From: an uncultured Planctomycetaceae bacterium
GTDB lineage: Bacteria; Planctomycetota; Planctomycetia; Isosphaerales; Isosphaeraceae
Length of the DNA: 64,000 nt
Assembly: GCA_963833985.1 (NCBI GenBank)
Contig: CAWIAD010000002.1
Location: forward strand, 448,001-512,000
Reading direction: 5' to 3'
The notes beneath the pieces are model-generated. The model ran no database searches. It saw only the letters and a list, made by a program, of their open reading frames with translations, and was not told where the DNA came from. The position numbers were made by a program, and so were the translations under genes. This document shows positions 11,087 to 22,760 of the stretch, piece after piece; within the stretch, counting starts at the first letter, position 1; each line of letters begins with the position of its first letter.

Positions 11087-11506
11087 TCAGATGGTGGGAC
11101 GACGGCCGACGAACCGGCACTTGATCGGCATCTTGTGGGAAACGCGTGCCAGGGTTTCTCGGGCGACCTCCTCGCTCAGTCCGCTGATCTCGAAGAGGAT
11201 CGTCCCCGGCTTGACCACGGCCGCCCAGAACTCGATCTCGCCCTTGCCTTTACCCATGCGGGTCTCGGCGGGAATGGCGGTCACGCTCTTCTGGGGGAAG
11301 ATCCGGATGTAAACCTTGCCGCCCCCCTTGACCATCTGGCTGGCGACCACGCGTCCCGCTTCGATGGTCTGGGCGCTGATCCGCCCGGGTTCGAGCGCCT
11401 GCAACCCGTACTCGCCGAAGGCCACGTAGTTGCCGCGGGTCGCATTACCTCTTACGCGGCCTTTTTGGCTTTTTCGGAACTTGACCCGCTTGGGCATCAA
11501 CGCCAT
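11087..11506 (-). CDS. rplP: 50S ribosomal protein L16
   Basis: [21 protein letters not shown]. Confidence 0.99.
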   Translation of the reverse strand: MALMPKRVKFRKSQKGRVRGNATRGNYVAFGEYGLQALEPGRISAQTIEAGRVVASQMVKGGGKVYIRIFPQKSVTAIPAETRMGKGKGEIEFWAAVVKPGTILFEISGLSEEVARETLARVSHKMPIKCRFVGRRPTI

Positions 11507-12146
11507 CGGCGGCCTCCATCTTTAAATAGTCGCCCTGGTTGACCCATACCTTGATCCCGATATGGCCTTGAGCCGTCTTGGCTTCAGCGAAGCCGTAGTC
11601 GACCTTGGCCCGGAGCGTGGACAGCGGCACCGACCCGGCCGCGGCCGCCTCGGTGCGCGACATCTCGGAGCCGCCCAGCCGCCCCGACAGTTGAATCTTG
11701 ACACCCTTGGCCCCGCCGTCCATGGTCTGCTCGATCGCCCGCTTCATGGTGCGCCGGAAGCTGGACCGCTTTTGCAATTGCTCGGCGATATCCTCGCTGA
11801 TGAGCTGCGCGTCGATCTCCGGCCGGGCCACCTCGACGATCTTGATCTCGATCCGCCGCCCGGTGAGGCTTTGCAGCTCCTCCTGAAGCTTCTCGACCTC
11901 GGCCCCCTTGCGGCCAATGATCACTCCCGGCCGTGCGGTGGAGAGCAGCACGGTCACCGCGTCGCGCGTCCGCTCGATCTCGATCTTGGGGATGCCGGCG
12001 AAGCCGTACTTCTTCTTGATGAACGCGCGAATCTTGAAATCTTCGACGAGCAGGTCGCTGAACTCGTGCTTGGAAGCGTACCAGCGGCTCCGCCAGTCTT
12101 CCATGATTCCCACGCGAAACCCGGTCGGTCGAACCTTCTGGCCCAT
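11445..12146 (-). CDS. rpsC: 30S ribosomal protein S3
   Basis: [30 protein letters not shown]; 3' end overlaps rplP by 62 nt. Confidence 0.99.
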   Translation of the reverse strand: MGQKVRPTGFRVGIMEDWRSRWYASKHEFSDLLVEDFKIRAFIKKKYGFAGIPKIEIERTRDAVTVLLSTARPGVIIGRKGAEVEKLQEELQSLTGRRIEIKIVEVARPEIDAQLISEDIAEQLQKRSSFRRTMKRAIEQTMDGGAKGVKIQLSGRLGGSEMSRTEAAAAGSVPLSTLRAKVDYGFAEAKTAQGHIGIKVWVNQGDYLKMEAADGVDAQAGQVPKKPKRPRKR

Positions 12147-12213
12147 AGAATCACGCCCCTTGAGTGGGTAGGTCTCCCTTGATCTCGATGCTTGGCTTCC
12201 CGCGGCCGGGACC

Positions 12214-12597
12214 TCAGTCTGCCGCCTCGGCCGGTTCCCCGAGCGGCGCCGTCGGGTCCCAGAGCCCGATGGCGATGTGCGAACTGCGGCGCCGGATCAG
12301 GTACGCCATGCCACGCGCCCGCGGCATGAGCCGCTTGAACATCGGGCCGCCATCGCCGCGGGCGTCGCTGACGACCAGGTCGCCCGCATTCCGTACGCCC
12401 TTGTCCTCGGCGTTGGCCATGGCGCTTTTGAGCACCTGTTCGATCATCCGGGCGCCCCGGTGGGGCGTGTACTTCAGAAGGTCCAGGGCGTCGTCGGCGT
12501 ACTTGCCCCGGATCAGATCCAGAAGCGGCCGGACCTTCCGCACCGAGATCCGGGCGAATCGGTGGGTCGCGTGGTACTGTGAAATCGCTGTGGCCAT
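12214..12597 (-). CDS. rplV: 50S ribosomal protein L22
   Basis: RISVRKVR, SAMANA, PRARGMA. Confidence 0.98.
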   Translation of the reverse strand: MATAISQYHATHRFARISVRKVRPLLDLIRGKYADDALDLLKYTPHRGARMIEQVLKSAMANAEDKGVRNAGDLVVSDARGDGGPMFKRLMPRARGMAYLIRRRSSHIAIGLWDPTAPLGEPAEAAD

Positions 12598-12619
12598 GAT
12601 CTTCTACCCGTCCGCTCGT

Positions 12620-12901
12620 TTACTTCTTGGACGACTTCGACGCCTTGCCGCCATGCCCCTTGAAGGTCCGGGTGGGCGCGAACTCGCCGAACTTGTGCCC
12701 GACCATGTCTTCGGTCACATACAGCTTCATGAAGATCCGCCCGTTGTGCACGGCGAAGTTCTTGCCCACGAACTCGGGCACGATGGTACTGGCTCGCGCC
12801 CAGGTCTTGATGGGCTCGCGGCTCCCCGAGTTGTCGGCCCGGTAGACCTTTTCGAGGAGCCGCTCGACGACGTAGGGGGGTTTCTTGAGTGAGCGTCCCA
12901 T
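12620..12901 (-). CDS. rpsS: 30S ribosomal protein S19
   Basis: [24 protein letters not shown]. Confidence 0.99.
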   Translation of the reverse strand: MGRSLKKPPYVVERLLEKVYRADNSGSREPIKTWARASTIVPEFVGKNFAVHNGRIFMKLYVTEDMVGHKFGEFAPTRTFKGHGGKASKSSKK

Positions 12902-12953
12902 AGCTTTCCTTGGAAGTTGTCAGTGGTCGGCTGCCGGTGAAACGGAGTGGCCG

Positions 12954-13811
12954 CTAGATCTTCAGTTGCCCGTACCGCACGCTCGTGCGGCGACGGATGA
13001 TGGCCTTGTTCGAGGGTTTGCGGCGACGGCGGGTCTTGCCGCCCTTGGCCAGCACGCCGGAAGGCGAGCGCGGGGTGTGCCCCTTTGAACGGCCCTCACC
13101 ACCACCCATCGGGTGGTCGACGGGGTTCATGGCGGTGCCGCGCACGTGCGGCCGCCGTCCCAGCCAGCGCTTGCGACCCGCCTTGCCCAGGCGGATGTTC
13201 ATGTGGTCGGGATTGCCGACCATGCCGATCGTGGCCCGGCAGGTGGCGGGAATCCGCCGCACTTCTCCCGAGGGGAGCGTGAGCTGCGCCCAGTCGCCCT
13301 CGCGGGCGGTGAGCGTCGCGCCCACCCCGGCCGACCGGCAGAGCTTGCCGCCGCCGCCAGGCTGCATCTCGATATTGTGAATCGACAGGCCCGTGGGGAT
13401 CTTCGCCAGTGGCAGACAGTTGCCCAGCTTGGGCTCGGCGTCGGGCCCGCTGTTGACCGTCATGCCAGCCTTCAGCCCATCAGGCGCCAGGATGTACCGC
13501 TTCGTGCCGTCGGGGTAGACCACCAGAGCGATCCGCGCCGAGCGGTTCGGATCGTACTCGATGTGGGTGACCTCGGCCGGCGTGCCGTCGTGATCGTTGC
13601 GGCGGAAGTCGATGACCCGGTACTTCCGCTTGTGGCCGCCGCCCCGGTGCCGCGCCGTGATCACTCCCTGATTGTTGCGGCCGCCCGACTTCTTGAGCGG
13701 TTCGGTGAGGCCTTTCTCGGGCTTCTTTTCCTTGTCGGTCAGCTCGGCAAAGTCGCTGACCGACGAGTTGCGGCGCCCCGCCGTCGTTGGCTTGTAGGTT
13801 CGAATGCCCAT
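12954..13811 (-). CDS. rplB: 50S ribosomal protein L2
   Basis: [29 protein letters not shown]. Confidence 0.99.
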   Translation of the reverse strand: MGIRTYKPTTAGRRNSSVSDFAELTDKEKKPEKGLTEPLKKSGGRNNQGVITARHRGGGHKRKYRVIDFRRNDHDGTPAEVTHIEYDPNRSARIALVVYPDGTKRYILAPDGLKAGMTVNSGPDAEPKLGNCLPLAKIPTGLSIHNIEMQPGGGGKLCRSAGVGATLTAREGDWAQLTLPSGEVRRIPATCRATIGMVGNPDHMNIRLGKAGRKRWLGRRPHVRGTAMNPVDHPMGGGEGRSKGHTPRSPSGVLAKGGKTRRRRKPSNKAIIRRRTSVRYGQLKI

Positions 13812-13850
13812 GGCTTGGTTCCTGATTCGGTGGCCTGCGACCGGCGCGAC

Positions 13851-14177
13851 TCAATAGAAATCGATCCGGAATTCCTCGTGCAGGGTGACGATCGCCTTCT
13901 TCCAGTTCCGCATCCGTCCCTGCTTGAGTCGGTACCGCCGCTTCTTGCCGCGACGGTTCTGCGTCCGCACATCGAGCACCCGGACGTTGAAGAGGACCTC
14001 GACGGCCGACTTGATCTCGGTCTTCGTGGCCATCGGGTTGACCTCGAAGGTGTAGGCGTTGTGGCGCTCCGAGAGGTGGGTGGCCTTCTCGGTGATCAGG
14101 GGCCGCACCACCACCTGGTAAGGGTCGAGGTGAGGCCCGCTGCGCTGGTACTGGGGAGGCCGGCGTAAAGTGACCAT
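13851..14177 (-). CDS. rplW: 50S ribosomal protein L23
   Basis: PLITEKA, ATKTEIK, WKKAIVTL. Confidence 0.98.
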   Translation of the reverse strand: MVTLRRPPQYQRSGPHLDPYQVVVRPLITEKATHLSERHNAYTFEVNPMATKTEIKSAVEVLFNVRVLDVRTQNRRGKKRRYRLKQGRMRNWKKAIVTLHEEFRIDFY

Positions 14178-14181
14178 CAGA

Positions 14182-14952
14182 TTAGCTCTCCGTGCCGGCG
14201 GCCGCTTCTTCCGCGGCGCCGGTCTCGGTGGTGGATGCGACGGCCGCCGGATGCTCCTGACCCTTCTGCTTCAGCGCCTTGAGCGCCTCGGGGGTGAGCA
14301 CCAGGTAGCGCTGCTTGAGAATGTCGTAGGTGTTGAACTCGCCCACCGGGGCGACCGCGACCCCTTCAATATTGCGGGCGCTGCGGTACAGGACCGGGTC
14401 GTGGCCGGGGATGCCGATGAGCACCGACCGGCCCTGGAGCGTGCGGCTGGCGGCCCTGGTCTTGGTCTCGCCCACGACCTCGGCCGTTTCGGCTTCGGTC
14501 AGGTCGGGCCGGCGGATGGCCTTCAGCGCCCTGGCCACAACCTTCGTTTGAGGCTTTGCCAGGCTCAGCCCGTCCAGGATGATGGCCTGGTTGTCCTGGA
14601 ACTTGGAGAGCAGCGCCATGCGGATCGCTGCCCGGACGGCCTTCTTCGGCATGGCGTACCGGTAGTCGCGGTTGCGCCGCGCGAACGCCGCGCCGCCGCC
14701 CTTGCGCTTGTTGGTCCGCTTGGCACCGGCGCGGGCGTTCCCCGTGCCCTTCTGGCGGAACAGTTTCTTGCCCGAGCCGGCGACGTCGGACCGGCCGCGG
14801 GTATTGACCGTCCCCACGCGCCGCGCCGCGAGGTGCATGAGCACGACGTCATGGAGCAACTGCTTGTTGATCGCACCGCCGAAATCGTCCGGGTCGACCG
14901 TCTCGTGGCCCACCTGCTCGCCGGCGGTGTTGTATACGGGAATGGTCAGCAT
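14182..14952 (-). CDS. rplD: 50S ribosomal protein L4
   Basis: RQKGTGNARAG, SARNIEG. Confidence 0.98.
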   Translation of the reverse strand: MLTIPVYNTAGEQVGHETVDPDDFGGAINKQLLHDVVLMHLAARRVGTVNTRGRSDVAGSGKKLFRQKGTGNARAGAKRTNKRKGGGAAFARRNRDYRYAMPKKAVRAAIRMALLSKFQDNQAIILDGLSLAKPQTKVVARALKAIRRPDLTEAETAEVVGETKTRAASRTLQGRSVLIGIPGHDPVLYRSARNIEGVAVAPVGEFNTYDILKQRYLVLTPEALKALKQKGQEHPAAVASTTETGAAEEAAAGTES

Positions 14953-15014
14953 GATCGGGAACCTGTCCGTGAATAGGAGCCGGGGTCGCCCCTCCGACGC
15001 AGTGCGGGAGCCTT

Positions 15015-15647
15015 TTAAACCTTGTTCGTCTGGCGGATGGTGATGTAGCCGCCGGGCGGGCCCGGAACGGCCCCCCTGAGCAGCAGCAAGTTATTGGCCG
15101 GGTCGATCTTCACGACCTCGAGATTGCGCACGGTGGACCGGACATGGCCGTGGTGGCCCGGTTTCCGGACGCCCTTCTGGGTCCGCGCCGGGTCGGCACT
15201 GGGGCCCGACGAACCGGGATGGCGGTGCATCCGCTTCACACCGTGGGTGGCCCGGAGGCCGCGGAAGCCATGCCGCTTCATGACGCCGGCGAAGCCACGC
15301 CCCTTGCTCGTGCCGGTGACGTCCACCCGCTTGATCTCGGCAAAGACATCGACCGTCAGGGTTTGCCCCTCGGCCAACTCGGCCGGTGTGTTCTGCCGCA
15401 ACTCCCGCACGTAGCGTTTCGGTTCCGCGTTCACCTTGCGGGCGTGGCCACGCTCCGCCTGCGTGGCGTTTTTCCGCTTCTTGTCGTCGAAACCGAGCTG
15501 AATCGCGTGGTAACCGTCACGCTCCTCGGTCCGCACCAGGAGCACGGTGCACGGACCGCACTCCAGGACCGTGACCGGCACCGAGGTGCCGTCTTCCTGG
15601 TAGATCTGGGTCATGCCGACCTTGCGCCCCAGCAGTCCCACTTGCAT
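15015..15647 (-). CDS. rplC: 50S ribosomal protein L3
   Basis: GLLGRKVGMTQ, SKGRGFAGVMKRH, GAVPG; start at MQVGLL. Confidence 0.98.
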   Translation of the reverse strand: MQVGLLGRKVGMTQIYQEDGTSVPVTVLECGPCTVLLVRTEERDGYHAIQLGFDDKKRKNATQAERGHARKVNAEPKRYVRELRQNTPAELAEGQTLTVDVFAEIKRVDVTGTSKGRGFAGVMKRHGFRGLRATHGVKRMHRHPGSSGPSADPARTQKGVRKPGHHGHVRSTVRNLEVVKIDPANNLLLLRGAVPGPPGGYITIRQTNKV

Positions 15648-15948
15648 TGTCTTGCTCCGTTGCCTTCCGCTACATCCCGCCTCGCCGGCGCGGCTCGCCA
15701 TGGCAGGAACGCCGCGAGATGCGGGCTCTCGGGTCGGAATCACCTGGGTACAGGTCAGGTTTCAACGCGGGTCGCGGCCAGGCATTTCAGCGACCCCGGC
15801 GCCGGGGCTGTCTCTCGGTGAGCCATCGCGGGCTCTACCGATTGAGGCGTCCGACGCAACCGAACGACACGCACACCGTGCGGTGTGCGAGGTTCAGGAA
15901 ACCCAGTGACCTGCTGGCGCTTGCCGGGACAGCAGCGAGGATAGCCGA

Positions 15949-16281
15949 TCAGGCTCCCGACTGCGAAGCCTTGATCTTGATGTCCACGCCGGCCGGCAAG
16001 CTCAGCTTGTTGAGGGCGTCAATCGTCTTGTTGGTTGGCTGAACGATGTCGATCAGCCGCTTGTGGGTCCGGATCTCAAACTGCTCCCGCGACTTCTTGT
16101 CGATGTGCGGGCTCCGGAGCACCGTGTAGCGTTCAATCCGCGTGGGAAGCGGAATCGGCCCGTGGACAATCGCCTCGGTTCGCTTGGCGGTATCAACAAT
16201 GTCTTTCGCCGACTGGTCCAGGATGGTGTGGTCGTAGGCCTCCATCCGGATCCGAATGCGCTCGTTACTGACACCAGCCAC
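15949..16281 (-). CDS. rpsJ: 30S ribosomal protein S10
   Basis: [37 protein letters not shown] start estimated. Confidence 0.98.
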   Translation of the reverse strand: MAGVSNERIRIRMEAYDHTILDQSAKDIVDTAKRTEAIVHGPIPLPTRIERYTVLRSPHIDKKSREQFEIRTHKRLIDIVQPTNKTIDALNKLSLPAGVDIKIKASQSGA

Positions 16282-16369
16282 CAAGGTCTGTCCTTCCGAT
16301 TCCTGGTCCCAACCACTTCGAGGGTGAGCCAGGGCCCACCTTACCTCGCACACCACGCAGGAAAGAAAA

Positions 16370-16398
16370 AGTGTATCAGGAGGCGCAAAACCCGTCAA
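16370..16398 (-). promoter_or_regulatory. Sigma70-type promoter of the S10 operon
   Basis: Minus strand TTGACG-17 bp-TACACT, about 90 bp upstream of rpsJ. Confidence 0.7.
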
Positions 16399-16774
16399 CG
16401 CGGCTGCCACGAGTTTTTCCCGATTTCTTTCAGGCGGCTCGCTCCGCGGCACCCTTCCCCTGGACCAGCAGCCATCAGGGCGTGGGATCTACCCCTGCGG
16501 AGGCCCAATTCCCCCCGAAAAATCGCCGCCGGGCGCCTCAGCCTCCCCTCAACCCTCAATACCCTGTTCCTCTCAGTCTCTTTTTTTGAAAAAATCATGC
16601 TCGCTCCCGCCACACCAATCCGTTTGTAATCTTGCCAGGTGTATCTTGGGAGAGCGGCCAGTGCACCGGCAAGCCCGACCCCGGCAGGGAATGCCCTCAA
16701 CCCCAGGGATGATCGCGGCAATGACGCCAGGTCGAGAGCGCGGCCCAGAGAACCAACGATAACCTACCAGGTGA

Positions 16775-19442
16775 ATGATGAGCACTCAAAGACGAGAGAT
16801 TCGTATACGGCGAGCCCGAGGCCGGGTCCTCCTGCTTGAGCCGCTGGAAGACCGCCAGTTGCTCGCAGCGACGGCCGAGGCGTTCACCGGACCGTCGCTG
16901 TCCGGATTGATCACACAGGCCGAACAGGGCAAGAACACCTCGAAAGAGGTGATCAAGACCATGCTCAGTGCCCTCCAGACACAGCTCACCAACGGACCGC
17001 TTGCCGATCTCAACAATGGCTCGGTCAATGGCGACGGCTTCGTGGCCGAGTCCGAGAGCCTGGTCGGCAGCTTCAACCAGAACGTGGACCAGCAGCTCCT
17101 GCCGCGCTTCCCCCATATCGACAACATGCTCAAGCTCGAAGGACTCCAGGTGGTGGCCAACCTGGTCTCGCTGAACCAGCAGAGCACCGTCGGACTCATC
17201 TCCGCCAATGTCTTGCCCACCCAGGCGGGAGCGGCCATCAACACCCTGACCCAGGGACCGATCTACTCGCTCAACACGCCCTTCAGCGCCTACGTCACCA
17301 CCACCCAGACCTTTGAGACGGACCTCGGGGCGCTGGCCAGTACGCTCAGTTCCACGGCCTCCACTCCGCTGGCTCTGAGCGATGTCAACACCACGCTCCA
17401 GGCAGGAGCCGAGGCCTACCGCGCGCTCATGAACGCCGGGCTTCAAGTGACCCACACCGGCCTCGACACCACCGTCAATGCGGCCATCACCACGCTCGAG
17501 AGCACCGTCAACTCGATCGCGGCCGCGAACAACGCTTCGGCCCAGGCCGACATCCATCAGCGCCATCGCCGCGTTCGACTCGGAGATCCTCGACACCACG
17601 GGTCTCTTCGGCGTCAACGGCCCGGTGGCACAGAAGAACTCCAGCCTGGGCTATATTCCTCATCAGCTCGTCGGAACCCAGGCGGCGACCACGATCACCG
17701 CGTCCGGCACGGCGGTTGCCGGCGCCACGGCCACGCTTACGGCCACCCTCCAGACCGCCAGCGGCACTCCCCTGGTCGGCAAGGTCCTCAGCTTCACACT
17801 CGACGGTGCCTTCGCCGGCAACGCGATCACCGACGGCACCGGCGCGGCAACCTTGACCGGCGTATTCACGAGCAATCCCGCAGGCACCGATAGCGCCGGC
17901 ATCGTTGTCAGCTTCGCCGGTGACAGCACGAACCTGCTGAGCGCGGGGACAGGCGATCTGGTGGTCACTCAGGACAGCACCACGACCACGCTGACCTCGA
18001 GCGCCAATCCCAGCGCCACGGGTTCCTCGGTGACCTTCACCGCGACGGTCGCTCCGGTCACGGGCACGGGCACGCCAACCGGCACGGTCACCTTCATGGA
18101 CGGCACCACCACGCTCGGCACCGGCACGCTCAGCAGCACCGGGACCGCCACCTTCAGCACCAGCACCCTGACCACCGGCACGCACTCGATCACGGCGGTG
18201 TATGGCGGCGATACGAATTTCACCTCCAGCACCTCCACGGCGCTCTCTCAGCTGGTTAACCAGGCAAGCTCGACCACGCTCATCTCGAGCACGAACCCGA
18301 GCGTGTTCGGCCAGTCCGTCACCTACACGGCCACCGTCGCTCCGTCGTCCGGCACGGGTACACCCACCGGCTCTGTCACCTTCATGAACGGCACAACTTC
18401 GCTCGGCACCGGTACACTCAACAGCTCCGGACAGGCCACGTTCAACACCAGCAGCCTCGCGGTCGGCACCCAGTCGATCACCGCCGTCTACGGCGGCGAC
18501 ACGACGTTCGCCAAGAGCACCTCGACGGCCGTTTCCCAGGTCATCAATCAGTCGACGACCACGACGACACTGAGCCCGAGCGTCAACCCCAGCGTGTTCG
18601 GCCAGCCGGTGACCTTCACGGCCACCGTGGCGGCAGCCTCGCCCGGAGCCGGCACACCTACGGGCACCGTGACCTTCATGAACGGCACCACCACGCTCGG
18701 CACCGGCACACTCAGCGCCAGCGGAGTGGCCACGTTCAGCACGGGCAGCCTGGCGGTTGGCACCCAGTCGATCACCGCTGTTTACGGCGGCGACACCAAC
18801 TTCAAGACCAGCACCTCCACAGCCGTCTCGCAGGTGATCAACCAGGCAAGCTCGACGACCGCTCTGACCTCCAGCTCCAACCCCAGCTCGTTCGGCCAGC
18901 CTGTGACCTTCACGGCCACGGTTGGTCCGGTGTCGCCTGGTGTGGGCGTGCCCACGGGTACGGTCAACTTCCTGAACGGCACGACCACGCTCGGCACCGG
19001 CACACTCAACGCCTCGGGCGTGGCCACCTTCGCCACCAGCATCCTGCCCGCGGGCACGCAGTCGATCTCGGCCGTTTACGCGGGCGACACCAACTTCAAG
19101 ACCAGCACCTCGACGGTCGTCTCCCAGGTGGTCAACCTGGCCGCGACGACCCTCGGCAGCGTCTCCGGCACTGGCAGCAGCACCACCGGCGGCACCGCCA
19201 CCCTGGTGGCCACGCTCACCTCGTCAGTGACTCACGCAGGCGTGTCGGGCGAGACGATCAGCTTCCTGGTGGGCACCAGCACCACGCCCGTGGGCACGGC
19301 AGCCACCAACAGTAGTGGCGTGGCCAGCATCACCATCCCCAACACCGGCCTGACCAGCGGCGAGACCGTGACCGCCGAGTACACTGGCAGCTCGAATTAC
19401 CAGGCCGCAGCCAACGCGACCGGAACGCTCACGCTGAGCTGA
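16775..19442 (+). CDS. Large Thr/Ser/Gly-rich surface protein with planctomycete LEPR-XLL leader and about four bacterial Ig-like repeats; frameshift near 17555
   Basis: LEPLEDRQLLA leader; repeated S.NPS.FGQ.VTFTATV...PTGTVTF..G...ITAVYGGD units; ORFs 16775-17893 and 17478-19442 join at GACATCCATCAGC. Confidence 0.85.
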
Positions 19443-19477
19443 TGCCGTGACGATCGGTCACGCTCAGATCGGGGCGC

Positions 19478-19535
19478 AAAAAACAACGAGGGCGGGGAGC
19501 TCTGCAACGGCTTCTCCGCCCTCGTTCTTTTCTTT
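19478..19535. terminator. Bidirectional intrinsic terminator
   Basis: AACGAGGGCGGGGAGC / GCTTCTCCGCCCTCGTT stem with A-tract before and T-tract after, between convergent genes. Confidence 0.75.
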
Positions 19536-19562
19536 CGATCGCGGCCAGGACGTACCGCGGCC

Positions 19563-20186
19563 TCATACGGTCGCAGCCGCGGTGGGCTCGATGTCGACGT
19601 CTCCAAAAAGCTCGCTGAGCGACAGCCGAAAGCCGGGAATGAGCTCTCCGCCGTCCAGCTCAGCGGGCTCCGCGAGGATCTGAACCTGGGTCAGCGCCGT
19701 GTAGGCATACACCTGTCGCGAGACCCGATAAATCACCCAGACTTGCTGGACACCGGCCCGGAAATAGTCGACGAGCTTGGCGTTGATCTCGTTGGCGCTG
19801 TTGGACTCGCTGACGACCTCAACGGCGAGATCGGGAACCATATCCCAGGCTTCGCCGTCAGGTATTCTCCTGCGCACAGGCCACTTTCTTGACGAGACGA
19901 AGGCCAGGTCGGGACGCCGCTTCAAACCACGCGCTGCATCCAGCAAGAAGAGAAGTTCTACCAGGACCTTGCCACGTTGCTGGGACTGAACAATCTGGTT
20001 CATCGCGAAGGCGATCAGCGAGGCGAGCTCGCATTCGGATGCACCCATCGGCGGCGTCTCCACAACATTTCCGTCAACGACTTCGTACAGGCGATCCGAA
20101 GCGACGGTCTGGCCCTGTGAAACCGCGGGTGCGGCGGGGTCGCTGGTCGTGGCTGGCGGGCGCGGGGCGGACACGAGGCCGGTCAT
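19563..20186 (-). CDS. Uma2 family (DUF820) endonuclease
   Basis: YEVVDG, RRPDLAFVS, PDLAVEVVS, YFRAGV..VWVI. Confidence 0.9.
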   Translation of the reverse strand: MTGLVSAPRPPATTSDPAAPAVSQGQTVASDRLYEVVDGNVVETPPMGASECELASLIAFAMNQIVQSQQRGKVLVELLFLLDAARGLKRRPDLAFVSSRKWPVRRRIPDGEAWDMVPDLAVEVVSESNSANEINAKLVDYFRAGVQQVWVIYRVSRQVYAYTALTQVQILAEPAELDGGELIPGFRLSLSELFGDVDIEPTAAATV

Positions 20187-20294
20187 GGTCGATGGGCTCC
20201 CACGTCATGCGAATCGCGGTCAAGTTCGATGTTCCGCTTCGACAGGATCCTCGAAACCGATTCACGATCCATCAAGGCATCTCGCCGAACAAGT

Positions 20295-22421
20295 TCAGCC
20301 GGTGAGCGCCTCGAGCATGCTCTCGGGCGCGGCTGCGTACTCCAGCGGCTCCATCGTGTAGCTGGCGCGGCCCTGGCTCAGGCTGCGCACGGCCGTGGAG
20401 TAGCCGAACATCTTCTCGAGCGGGGCGCGGGCGTCGATGACCATCAGCTTGCCGCGCGTCGAGGTGCGGTCGATCAGGGCCCGCCGGCTCGACAGGTCGC
20501 CCGTGACGTTGCCCAGGTAGTCCTCGGGCGTGACCACCTCGATCCGCATGATCGGCTCCAGCAGCACCGCCCCGGCCTCCTCCACGGCCTTCCGCAAAGC
20601 GTCGGACGCGGCGAAGCGGTAGGCCAGGTCATTGGAATCCACATCGTGATAGGCCCCGTCGGTGAGCGTGACCCTCAGGTCCACCAGCGGGTATCCGGTT
20701 CGCCCGCCCGACTTGGCCTCCTCGCGCAGGCCGGCCTCGATGGCCGGGATGAACTCGGCGGGAATCACGCCTCCCTTCATCTTGTTCACGAACCGGAGCA
20801 CAGGAGCCCCCTTGGGCTGTGTTTCGGGTGCGAGGTCGATGGTGATCTTGGCGTACAGTCCCGACCCGCCAGTCTGGCGAATGCACGTGCCTTCCACACG
20901 CGAGACCGCCTTCTTGATCGTCTCTCGGTAACTCACCCGCGGCCGGCCGACGTGCACCTTGAGGTTGTAGTCGCGCGTCATCCGGTTCTTGAGGATCTCC
21001 AGGTGCAATTCACCCATGCCGGAGATGAGCGTCTGGCCGGTCTCCTCGTTGACCTTGAAGGTGAACGTCGGGTCCTCGCGCGTCAGCGCATTGAGCGTAT
21101 CGGACAGCTTTCCCTTGTCAGCCGAGCTCACCGGCTCGATCGACATGCTGATCACCGTCTCCGGGAACTCGATCCGCTCCAGCAGGATGGGATGCGCCGC
21201 GTCGCAGAGCGTATCACCGGTGACCGAGTCTTTCAGGCCCACGATCCCCACGATGTCGCCGGTACCCGCCAGGGTGATCTGCTCGCGGTCATCAGCGCGG
21301 ATGTGGTACAGCCGCGAGCAGTTCTCTTTCTTGTCCTTGCCCGGGTTGTAGACGCGCGTGCCGGCCTTCAGGCTGCCCGAGTAGATCCGCACGAACGACA
21401 GGTCGCCGTGCGCGTCGTTGGTGATCTTGAAGACCAAGGCCGCGAACGGCTCGCTCGGGCTCGGCTTGCGAGCCAGCTCGGTGCCTTTCTTGGGGTGGTG
21501 GCCCGTGATCGGCGGCCGATCGAGCGGGCTGGGCAGGTAGGCCGCGACCGCGTTCAGGAGCCGCTGAACGCCCACGTACTTGAAGCTTGACCCGCACAGC
21601 ACCGGCTGGGCCCGGCCCGTCAGCGTGGCCCGGCGGAGGGCTGCGTGCATCATGCCTTCGGACAGCTCTGCGCCGTCGAGATGGCTCATGTACTCCTCGG
21701 CGAACGTCTCGTCGAAGGCCGAAAGGCTGTTGAGCATCGTCTCGCGCCAGGCCTCGGCGTCGAGCCTCAGGTCGTCGGGAATGTCCACGACGGTGAACGT
21801 CGAGCCCAGGTCCTCGGTCTTGTAATAGATCGCCTTCATGGTGATCAGGTCGATGAGCCCCTGGAACTCGCCCATCGTCCCTTCCGGCCCCGCGCCGATG
21901 GGGATCTGGATGGGAATCGGGTGGCTCTCCAGCAGCCGCTCCTCGATCTCCTTGTAGACCCGCTCGAACTCGGCGCCGATGCGGTCCATCTTGTTGATGA
22001 AGCAGAGCCGGGGAACGTGGTACTTGGCCGCCTGCCGCCAGACGGTCTCGCTCTGGGCCTCGACGCCCTCAACGGCCGAGAAGATGACCACCGCACCGTC
22101 GAGCACGCGCAGCGAGCGCTCGACCTCGGCCGTGAAATCGACGTGCCCGGGCGTGTCGATGATGTTGATCGTGATCGGGTTCTCGTCGGCATCCTTCCAC
22201 CGGCAGGTGATGGCGGCCGCGACGATGGTGATGCCGCGTTCCCGCTCCTCCTCCAGGTAATCGGTGGTGGTATTCCCCTTGTCCACGTCGCCCATCCGGT
22301 GGATCTCACCGGTGTAGTAGAGGATGCGTTCGGTGGTCGTGGTCTTGCCGGCGTCGATGTGCGCGATGATGCCGATGTTGCGGATCTGTCGTAGGTCCGT
22401 CAGGTCGGGTTCGCTGGCCAT
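20295..22421 (-). CDS. fusA: Elongation factor G
   Basis: AHIDAGKTTTTERIL, RGITI, DTPGHVDF, NKMD, GMGELHL, LLEPIM; start at MASEPD. Confidence 0.98.
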   Translation of the reverse strand: MASEPDLTDLRQIRNIGIIAHIDAGKTTTTERILYYTGEIHRMGDVDKGNTTTDYLEEERERGITIVAAAITCRWKDADENPITINIIDTPGHVDFTAEVERSLRVLDGAVVIFSAVEGVEAQSETVWRQAAKYHVPRLCFINKMDRIGAEFERVYKEIEERLLESHPIPIQIPIGAGPEGTMGEFQGLIDLITMKAIYYKTEDLGSTFTVVDIPDDLRLDAEAWRETMLNSLSAFDETFAEEYMSHLDGAELSEGMMHAALRRATLTGRAQPVLCGSSFKYVGVQRLLNAVAAYLPSPLDRPPITGHHPKKGTELARKPSPSEPFAALVFKITNDAHGDLSFVRIYSGSLKAGTRVYNPGKDKKENCSRLYHIRADDREQITLAGTGDIVGIVGLKDSVTGDTLCDAAHPILLERIEFPETVISMSIEPVSSADKGKLSDTLNALTREDPTFTFKVNEETGQTLISGMGELHLEILKNRMTRDYNLKVHVGRPRVSYRETIKKAVSRVEGTCIRQTGGSGLYAKITIDLAPETQPKGAPVLRFVNKMKGGVIPAEFIPAIEAGLREEAKSGGRTGYPLVDLRVTLTDGAYHDVDSNDLAYRFAASDALRKAVEEAGAVLLEPIMRIEVVTPEDYLGNVTGDLSSRRALIDRTSTRGKLMVIDARAPLEKMFGYSTAVRSLSQGRASYTMEPLEYAAAPESMLEALTG

Positions 22422-22760
22422 GGTCCTCTTTCCTTCTCCCGGCCGAACCGATCCCTCCGGGCGCAGACCGGCGGCAGAAATCCCAGGCAGCTTCGGTGTT
22501 GTGCGTTTCTGGCTGGCGTGCGGGCCTGGTCCCACAAGCTCGTTCTTCCAGCTTACCGCCAGAAGCGCGCGGAATCAGCGCGAGTCGGCGCGGGCCGGTT
22601 CAGCGGTTACCGGCCTGGTGGGACCATCCCGACTCGAGTGAACCCCAAAGGTTACCAGAAGCAAGAAGAGCTATCGCTCGCCGGCACCGCCATACGATAC
22701 CGTCTTTGGCGCCGCTCAACCGGCCACGTTGATTCGTTTCCTCTCCGTGCTCTCCGTGGT

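Noticed and set aside
214..15821. Long plus-strand ORFs opposite ribosomal genes, secY and rpoA
   Set aside because: Antisense shadow ORFs of high-GC coding sequence
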